Source of the DNA: Candidatus Hermodarchaeum yapensis
GTDB lineage: Archaea > Asgardarchaeota > Hermodarchaeia > Hermodarchaeales > Hermodarchaeaceae
Reading direction: 5' to 3'
DNA length: 20,116 bases
Assembly: GCA_016840405.1 (NCBI GenBank)
Contig: JAEOSK010000042.1
Location: 1-20,116, forward strand
The notes under the pieces were generated by a model. The model saw only the letters and a list, made by a program, of their open reading frames with translations. It was not told the DNA's origin and ran no database searches. Of the stretch, positions 1 through 6,592 are shown in pieces. The number at the start of each line of letters is the position of its first letter. Within the stretch, counting starts at the first letter, position 1. Made by a program: the position numbers and the translations under genes.

Positions 1-98
1 GTGCTGGGGCAGCGGCTGGGGCAGGTGTTGGGGCAGGTGCAGGGGCGGGGGCAGGAGCTGGAACAGGTGCGGGGGCTGGTGCAGGGGCAGGAGCTGCA
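1..98 (-). repeat. Degenerate 6-bp coding repeat (CCNGCN) encoding a (PA)n linker
   Basis: + strand shows GGGGCAGG/GGTGCAGGGGC units; third positions vary, so the repeat is conserved at protein level. Confidence 0.85.
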
Positions 99-397
99 CT
101 CTTAATCTGAGGTAAGACCTGTTTTGTGATGGCCATTTGAATTGTTTTTTCAATCTTTTCTGCCATCTTTGCTTCCATTGGAGCTAGCCCATCGGTAACG
201 GCTTTGCCAGTAGCTGTCATGATATTGCCAATGGCATTATTCAACGCATCAATGCGTTTTTCAAGAGCCTTAAGCTGTTCTCCGTGTTCCTTTTGCACTT
301 TATATACTTGGGAAATGTATCCGATAATGTTTTTGAGTTCTTTATCTATTCCACCCTTTGCAGCAGCGGGTTGAGCGGCTTTCGTATCTTTGGACAT
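1..397 (-). CDS. Hypothetical protein (5' part; runs off the window): predicted coiled-coil N-terminus followed by a Pro/Ala-rich linker
   Basis: Manual translation from ATG at 397, with GGAG upstream: MSKDTKAAQPAAAKGGIDKELKNIIGYISQVYKVQKEHGEQLKALEKRIDALNNAIGNIM...IKSAAPAPAPAPAPVPAPAPAPAPAPTPAPAAAPA. Open to the window edge; absent from the ORF track because there is no stop. Confidence 0.85.
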   Translation of the reverse strand, partial: MSKDTKAAQPAAAKGGIDKELKNIIGYISQVYKVQKEHGEQLKALEKRIDALNNAIGNIMTATGKAVTDGLAPMEAKMAEKIEKTIQMAITKQVLPQIKSAAPAPAPAPAPVPAPAPAPAPAPTPAPAAAPA

Positions 398-528
398 AAT
401 AGTTCCATCTCCTGAAACACTACACTAACAATAATTAGCAAGGGGAAGTAAAATCCTTCCGCTATCACCCAGTCCGATGGATGTCAAATAAAGGTTTAGT
501 TACTTTTATGGAAAAAATCAGTCGAATA

Positions 529-981
529 TCATTCAGACTGTGAAACCTCGACATTAACGGGTATTCCTTGGCGAACCGCTGCTGTTACAATACAATAATT
601 TTCAAAAATCTCCACACACCGCTGGAATCGCTTTGGATCCTCTTCTGCGGTCTTGGTCAGGATCTTTACATCGACGTGGTGAACACGCCATCGCCCCTCC
701 TCATTCCGAGCTGTGGTTGGCGTCACTTCTGCCTGAAGAGAGTCAACTACTAACTTACTTCGTTGCAGGCAAAACATCAAACTGGCTGACAGACAGTTCC
801 CAATTGCTGCAGCTAGCACTCGTGTAGCGTTGGGCCCTTTGTCTTGGCCAAGCGGTGAGGGCTCATCGAGTGTCAATTCCGGGAATTCGGGTTTATCAAA
901 CTGGACGCGAAATTCGAAATCATCCACACGTTCAACAATTATTGAGTAACTGTTTGTCTCGTCTTTTTCTGGCAAGGGCAA
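529..981 (-). CDS. OsmC/Ohr-family protein
   Basis: DEP..LG.D.GPN motif, LAAAIGNC and ENYCIVT give the two conserved Cys of the OsmC family. True start may be the second TTG (975). Confidence 0.9.
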   Translation of the reverse strand: MPLPEKDETNSYSIIVERVDDFEFRVQFDKPEFPELTLDEPSPLGQDKGPNATRVLAAAIGNCLSASLMFCLQRSKLVVDSLQAEVTPTTARNEEGRWRVHHVDVKILTKTAEEDPKRFQRCVEIFENYCIVTAAVRQGIPVNVEVSQSE

Positions 982-1114
982 TCACCACTGGAGCAATGAT
1001 TCACTCTTCCTATTTATCGGCATTGGAAATTTATGCCGCTGACTACAAAACCCGATTCCAATGGAAGGTGTTACCTTTGATGAGATGGTACTCTTTCATT
1101 GGACACGAAGATAC

Positions 1115-2788
1115 CTATTTTCCTTTTTTCGCTAGATACTCTTCTTGAAGAACTCGACGTAGTGTTTTACCTACCATGCTCTTGGGAAGATCGTCACGGA
1201 ATTCGATATATTCAGGACGCTTATAGTAGGCAAGCTTGTCTTTGGTGTACTCTTTGATTTCTTCCGCAGTTGCGGTTTCGCCTTCCTTTAAGACGACGAA
1301 AGCCAAGACTGTTTCTCCGCGAGCTTCATCTGGAATGCCAACAACTGCTGCATCAGCAATCTTCGGATGTTCAAAGAGCACTTCTTCGACTGTCCTTGGG
1401 TATACTTTGAAGCCAGCTCGATCAATCATCTGTTTGGCTCGGTCGACGATGTAAAAGTAGCCATCTTCGTCCATTTTGGCGATGTCGCCAGTGTGGAGCC
1501 AGCCATTTGTGAGCTGTTCTGCCGTTTCCTCAGGTTTATTCCAGTATCCTTTCATTATCTGTGGACCCTTAATAACTAGTTCACCTTCTTGTCCTGGCGG
1601 CAGGTCTTCGCCTGAATCGAGATCAATGATTTTCGCTAGTGTACTTGACATTGGTAAACCAACTGAACCTTCACGTTTCTTGTCGAAGGGGGGCTTCTCT
1701 TGGATTGGATTACTGTGAGTAACAGGGCTAGCTTCGGTGAGACCATAGCCTTCCACAATATTGGCACTGGCAATGTCTTCAAAGGCTTTGGCAACCGCCA
1801 TCGGAAGCGGTGCAGCACCTGAAAGGCATGCGGTGACGGAACTGAGATCGTATTGGTCGAGGTCATCTCGTTGGAGAAGTGACGCATAAAGCGTAGGAAC
1901 ACCTGGGAACAAGTAAATCTGATATCGTGGTATATCGCGTAAAATTTGGTCGAGGTCTGGACGGGGATGGAGTACAAGTTTGCCTCCGAGAAGGATAGTG
2001 CTCAGCAAACAGACAGTAAGTCCGAACGAGTGGAAGAAGGGTAAGACCGCAAGTGTTGCTAGACCTGTTCCACGCTTTGCAAATGGAATCCAGTTTCGAC
2101 ATTGATGGGCATTCGCTACAAGGTTAAAATGCGTTAGGATTGCTCCTTTTGGAGTGCCCGTGGTTCCACCAGTATAGAGAAGAACAGCTGGTGTCTCTTT
2201 AGGCTTCACTGTGACTTTAGGTGGTTTAGCTTCAGCTTTTTCGAGTAATTCACCCCACAACTGATAGCCTTTCACATCTGGGGGAGTGAAACTGACTTGC
2301 ATACCTGGAAATGCATCAGCCATCGTCGTGACAATCGTATGTTCAATCTTGGTGTTGTCACGAATCTTCGCATAGTTATCATGCATAATGTCAATAATGA
2401 TGATGGCCTTTGCCCCTGCATCATTAAGCTGGAACTGAATTTCAGGAGCCTGATAGAGGGGATTGATTAGGGTGAGGATAGCCCCAGCTTTAAGAACTCC
2501 AAAAAATGCTGTGAGGAATTGAGGCATGTTTCCTAACATGAGGCCAACAACATCGCCTTGTTTAATGCCTAACTTATTCAACGCATTCGCTAATCGGTCC
2601 GATTCTTCATTGACTTGTTTGTACGTTCTTTCTTGTCCGAGAAAAATGCAGGCAGCAACTTCAGGAAACTCTTTGGCGGTGTCTTCAAGAAGTCGGTGGA
2701 GGGGAATTTCAGGGAAATCAATGGTTTCAGGGACATTGGGTTCGTAAAATTTCAGCCATGGTTTTTCCATTGGGTTGTAACCTCCCAA
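1115..2788 (-). CDS. fadD: Long-chain fatty acid-CoA ligase (AMP-binding superfamily)
   Basis: LYTGGTTGTPKG AMP-binding signature, EGYGLTE, GWLHTGD, LPKSMVGK. Start is probably the ATG of MEKPW. Confidence 0.95.
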   Translation of the reverse strand: MGGYNPMEKPWLKFYEPNVPETIDFPEIPLHRLLEDTAKEFPEVAACIFLGQERTYKQVNEESDRLANALNKLGIKQGDVVGLMLGNMPQFLTAFFGVLKAGAILTLINPLYQAPEIQFQLNDAGAKAIIIIDIMHDNYAKIRDNTKIEHTIVTTMADAFPGMQVSFTPPDVKGYQLWGELLEKAEAKPPKVTVKPKETPAVLLYTGGTTGTPKGAILTHFNLVANAHQCRNWIPFAKRGTGLATLAVLPFFHSFGLTVCLLSTILLGGKLVLHPRPDLDQILRDIPRYQIYLFPGVPTLYASLLQRDDLDQYDLSSVTACLSGAAPLPMAVAKAFEDIASANIVEGYGLTEASPVTHSNPIQEKPPFDKKREGSVGLPMSSTLAKIIDLDSGEDLPPGQEGELVIKGPQIMKGYWNKPEETAEQLTNGWLHTGDIAKMDEDGYFYIVDRAKQMIDRAGFKVYPRTVEEVLFEHPKIADAAVVGIPDEARGETVLAFVVLKEGETATAEEIKEYTKDKLAYYKRPEYIEFRDDLPKSMVGKTLRRVLQEEYLAKKGK

Positions 2789-2924
2789 TTCGTATCGACC
2801 TATAATGTATAGAAGGTAAGGAAAAGGCTTGTCATTGTCTTTGGAAAACTAACAACTCAGGTTGATTTGAGTTAGATAAACCATCAGAGAATCCAGATAA
2901 GTCAATAACCATTATATTCTGCCT

Positions 2925-3290
2925 AAAAGTGTCACAATACGGTGCAAAAGTGTCAGAATAGCACTAATCCTCACGTTTCAAACTTCAAAGAGGTGCTAAT
3001 CAGGTGCCGCTTTCCCTAAGCATTTCGATTAGCACTTCGGTTGTCAGAACAATTTCGCAACGGTTCCAGTGGACAACCCTTAGAGAAGGTGGGCTTAAAA
3101 TATTCTCTGTCTCCTCAGTTTCCATCAATAGAAGAGGCGCCAATAGGGTGCTAATCGCCTTCTGGCAATAGTTAGATATCGGATATATCCCTTAACTACA
3201 TTATCGGTTAACGTATCGGTTGCCAGAACACAAATCGCCTCAACAACGGTTGACAATTCATGAGGGAGTTGATAGCAACAACTGGCAACT
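2925..3290. repeat. Non-coding cluster of short direct and inverted motifs, including ORB-like elements
   Basis: AAAAGTGTCA(C/G)AATA at 2925-2939 and 2946-2960; GTGCTAATC at 2993 and 3148 with an inverse at 3027; CGGTTG(T/C)CAGAACA at 3038 and 3217; GTTCCAGTGGACAAC at 3063; palindrome GGATATATCC at 3181-3190. Confidence 0.55.
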
Positions 3291-3362
3291 CATCAGAGTA
3301 TGCTTCAATTTCCTTATTAAAAACTTCAATTAGCCCTTTATCAATTACCAGTTTATGAGTAG

Positions 3363-3878
3363 TTTATCCAAATTCCTAGCTCCCCTAATCTTAAAATCGT
3401 CGAGATTAAATCAACCTCTAACAGGTTCAAATGCTACTAATTCAAGACGATCCGTAACCTCACGTGGGAATATCGGAACCAGATCTATCCCTACATGGAC
3501 AAGGGCTTCCACAAATTCAACAAAAACTCCCTCAAGGAAGACGTTCTCACTTAACATCATACCGTTTTCAAAAATGAAATGAATCAGGACCGAAAACAGT
3601 ACCCGGGACCCTCGGACGGCTACCTTCACTTTCAAAGATGTAACCAAACAACTTTGATTTAGCAGCTAAGGTTTGCCCAAAGGGAAGTGGTTCAAATCGG
3701 CATTAATCAAGTGGTCTGAGCAGAAGTCCATCTACACATCTACGGCAAACCGGAGGAGATTTCAATCGCTTATACAATCATCTAGGTGGCAGGTATCTCA
3801 AAAAATGGATTTATATTTCTGGATGGGCGAGAGATAATTGGAATTCTTAAAGAAGGTTCCATCATTAGGAGGGGTTAA
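3363..3878 (+). pseudogene. Possible decayed gene relic with PD-(D/E)XK/RecB-like motifs
   Basis: One frame reads LKIVEIKSTS...*FKTIRNLTWEYRNQIYPYMDKG...GFIFLDGREIIGILKEG with several internal stops. The ExK and QxxxY-like motifs were spotted by eye only. Confidence 0.25.
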
Positions 3879-3880
3879 AA

Positions 3881-4225
3881 ATTACTCAACCGGAATCTCA
3901 GCAAGACACCAGAAGAAAGAAGTCCTATAAGCGCATAGTTGCCTATTATGCGGTCAATTTGATTGCGCTTTTCGTCCTGATCGTCTTCCTCATCCTAGGG
4001 GGGCAGCTAAATTTGGTGACATGGATGGTTACCTTAAGTCCATCAGCCTCTTTCCCCTTCTCCTGGCTGATAATAATAATCATTGTGAACGTAATCATTG
4101 TAACCGTTCTTATTTGGTTAGGTGTCCCTATGAGGAGTCTTTTCCTGTGCGGAACGACGCGCTCCCACTATAACCCCTTCCGGAGAAGAGCGAAAAAACC
4201 GCGAGATGACGAAGAAGCCAATTGA
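3881..4225 (+). CDS. Small two-TM membrane protein, paralogue of 12767-13138; probable non-canonical ATT start
   Basis: Frame is open from 3869, upstream of the track's TTG at 3959. Shares KKSY, GGxL, TWM and YNPFRR with the 123-aa protein. GGAGG (3868-3872) lies 8 nt before ATT 3881. Confidence 0.7.
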   Translation: MTQPESQQDTRRKKSYKRIVAYYAVNLIALFVLIVFLILGGQLNLVTWMVTLSPSASFPFSWLIIIIIVNVIIVTVLIWLGVPMRSLFLCGTTRSHYNPFRRRAKKPRDDEEAN

Positions 4226-4487
4226 TCGTGGACCCGACGTTGTATCTAGGCAAAAGGTTCGGTGGAGAAAAGCCGAAAGAAGGGGGGACTCCCAAACCAT
4301 CCTTGTGGGGCTGATTCGGGAGATATTTGTGGTGTTTGGGCAAAGCTCAAAGTCTCTAATCGTGATACCCTTTCCAGCAGACCCACAACCTGCCTAAGAA
4401 ACCCCAGAATCAAAGCCACCAGTCATCTTATCGTCACCGAATACCTTATGACCAACGAAATTACTCAATAAGCAAAGAGGGGAAGTT

Positions 4488-4619
4488 ATGAGTAAACTCC
4501 CAAAGGGCGTAAAGAAGGCTTTAGAGAAATATGGAAAGTATCTACAGAAGATAGATCTTGCCGAAGAACTGGCAATCAAAGAATTACCACAATTTAAAAA
4601 TATAATTTTTTTTTCTTGA
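4488..4619 (+). CDS. Small or truncated helical ORF (43 aa)
   Basis: GAGGGG precedes the ATG; MSKLPKGVKKALEKYGKYLQKIDLAEELAIKELPQFKNIIFFS; ends across the T9 run where the opposite-strand pseudogene breaks off. Confidence 0.35.
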   Translation: MSKLPKGVKKALEKYGKYLQKIDLAEELAIKELPQFKNIIFFS

Positions 4620-4955
4620 TATGGATGCCCGTCCGGGAATAAATAGGCTTTTTCTCGAAAGATGTAAGAAAACCCGAAAAGTCAAACAAGAAAGAAAAAC
4701 AGGAGTGGAAAGGCAATAAGTGCAAACTCAATCAAGACCAACAATCCTCCAATTGGGTTTGCTGTGAACCAGAGACCAATCACCGATACAATGGCGTTGA
4801 AAATAAGTGTAAAAATGAAAGTCTTCGTCATATATTTGATCAAATACCTACCTAACCCAAAAATTGCCATACGGTATTCCTAGTGCTGCATATGTGCTGA
4901 GCGGTGGGATGTGTTAGATTGTCGGTTCCTGATATTCTTCGATTTACTCCACCAT
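4612..4955 (-). pseudogene. Degraded paralogue of the central part of the 407-aa membrane protein (5038-6261)
   Basis: IPPLSTYAALGIPYGNFWVR aligns to IEPFSTYKHLSVPFANFWVR. Frameshift near 4850. FFFLV*LFGFSYIFREKAYLFPDGHPYQEK aligns to FIFILWLLLNSYIFREKAHLFPEGHPYQDK. Two further TAA upstream. Confidence 0.85.
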
Positions 4956-5037
4956 CCAAGGTTCTTTGGGACTCCCTGTCTCGACCGCCACAACTACAGC
5001 TTTGATTATATCTATAAGTTTTCCACTCTGAGCTTGT

Positions 5038-6261
5038 TTAGACTGGGATGCCGAATAATGTCGCGAGATAAAGGATTAATGGACCGAAGATGAAGAATAG
5101 AAACCAGATCATTAGCATGGCTCCAATTCCGAACCACAAAATCATCAGAACACGATAGCGAAAAAGACTGATGAAGTGCACTCGGAAATACACATCACTA
5201 AATTCACTATCAAAACGGAGACCAAGTCGATAGATGCGGAGTAATCCACCATCTTCAAGATCGATAGGGGACGGGATATAGATATGGTTCATAAACTCGG
5301 ATGTCCCATAGAAGTTAAGGGGATACGTTAGAATCAGTCCCATTCGTTTGCCTTTCCAGGAACGGGGAACTTGATGGCTAATTTCAAGGTCCCTGCAGGT
5401 TTGGTGCTTGGCTGGACCCCGTTGACAGGTCATGGAGCCTGGTCTTACGTTCCAGAGCACCTTGTCTTGATAGGGGTGGCCCTCTGGGAAGAGGTGTGCC
5501 TTTTCTCGAAATATGTACGAATTCAATAGTAGCCATAAGATGAAGATGAAGAAGAGGGGTACCATGAGGAGGAAGGCCAAAATCAAATACAATAAGCTGC
5601 GAGTCATATTGACAGGGTTTACAAACTGAATGGCTGAAAAAACGAAAGTTAGTATTAGCCCTATAACAAGGTACTTAGAAAATGCTTTGGTTAAATATCC
5701 AAGTCTAACCCAGAAATTTGCGAATGGGACGCTGAGATGTTTGTATGTGCTGAAAGGTTCAATGTCCTCGCTTTTTGCTTTAGCCTTTTTTGGACGGGTA
5801 TAATCCAGGATGGATTCCAAATCACTTAGGACGATTCTGGGTTGGTCGATTGGTGGAAGCTTTCTCTGATAACGCACGCGAACATTCGAGTCAAGGTAGG
5901 CACCAATAAGTAGTATTGCTGAACCAAGGACCACCATGACAAGCATGAAGAAAAGACCGATGTAAAGAGATAAAATCAATCCAGATATTACCAAAATTGT
6001 CCCTACGAGCATAATAGTAATACCCAAGTAGTCTTGGAGTGTTTGTCTATACTCGTCCCGCGATCTCCCCCCTCGAAATTGCCGGGGTTTATACGTGGTA
6101 AGCATCGATCCAATGAATATCAATACCAGACTAGGAATTAATGTTGCAATTGTCAATAAAAGAATCCTTAAATAAATAAACATCAATGCAAATAAATCCA
6201 AAATTACCCCAATGACGATAAGGATAAAACCCAATGGCTTCCAGCGGGTTCTTCGATTCAT
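5038..6261 (-). CDS. Hypothetical multi-pass membrane protein (about 7-8 hydrophobic segments)
   Basis: 407-aa ORF with GGTGA before the ATG; the adjacent paralogous relic supports it as a real gene family. Confidence 0.85.
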   Translation of the reverse strand: MNRRTRWKPLGFILIVIGVILDLFALMFIYLRILLLTIATLIPSLVLIFIGSMLTTYKPRQFRGGRSRDEYRQTLQDYLGITIMLVGTILVISGLILSLYIGLFFMLVMVVLGSAILLIGAYLDSNVRVRYQRKLPPIDQPRIVLSDLESILDYTRPKKAKAKSEDIEPFSTYKHLSVPFANFWVRLGYLTKAFSKYLVIGLILTFVFSAIQFVNPVNMTRSLLYLILAFLLMVPLFFIFILWLLLNSYIFREKAHLFPEGHPYQDKVLWNVRPGSMTCQRGPAKHQTCRDLEISHQVPRSWKGKRMGLILTYPLNFYGTSEFMNHIYIPSPIDLEDGGLLRIYRLGLRFDSEFSDVYFRVHFISLFRYRVLMILWFGIGAMLMIWFLFFIFGPLILYLATLFGIPV

Positions 6262-6457
6262 GTTTCACCCACAATGCTGTAATTTTTCGATAATTCCCTT
6301 TCGTGCCTCCGTTTGTACAGGGTTAACCTCTCCTATAAATTTACCAGATTGAACTGACCGTTGAAGTTTATGACTTTCTCCTCTTTTTGTCGCATTTTAC
6401 GATCAAGTATTGAGTAATTGTTTGAGATTGAACCCGAATTTTAGCTATCAACGGTCT

Positions 6458-6474
6458 AAGTAAAGGGTTTTAAA
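6458..6474 (+). promoter_or_regulatory. Putative BRE/TATA upstream of the C25 protease gene
   Basis: Purine-rich AAGTAAAGGG followed by TTTTAAA, the same pattern as upstream of the tRNA. Confidence 0.4.
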
Positions 6475-6592
6475 CCGACATACATATTCAGGTAGTGAGG
6501 TTATGACAGCGGGAGGTCAACGGAGGTATCAATTAGCCTAGGCTTTCCGTCATCAGTCCTGATTATACTGGCTCTTCAGGAATACGATTAAT

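Noticed and set aside
2925-3290. CRISPR array
   Set aside because: Repeats are 9-15 bp, irregularly spaced and in both orientations; there is no repeat-spacer periodicity and no cas operon.
3411-3647. 78-aa minus-strand ORF (and 75-aa plus ORF 3355-3582)
   Set aside because: No recognisable motif or RBS; the minus ORF is plausibly the antisense shadow of the + frame relic.
4206-4471. Overlapping short ORFs possibly joined by slippage at G6 (4282-4287)
   Set aside because: The joined product shows no recognisable motif, so it cannot be supported.
4682-4684. TGA aligned with Trp, suggesting UGA=Trp or Sec recoding
   Set aside because: The same relic has a frameshift and TAA stops, intact genes (OsmC, redoxin) end in TGA, and the tRNA-Trp anticodon is CCA.
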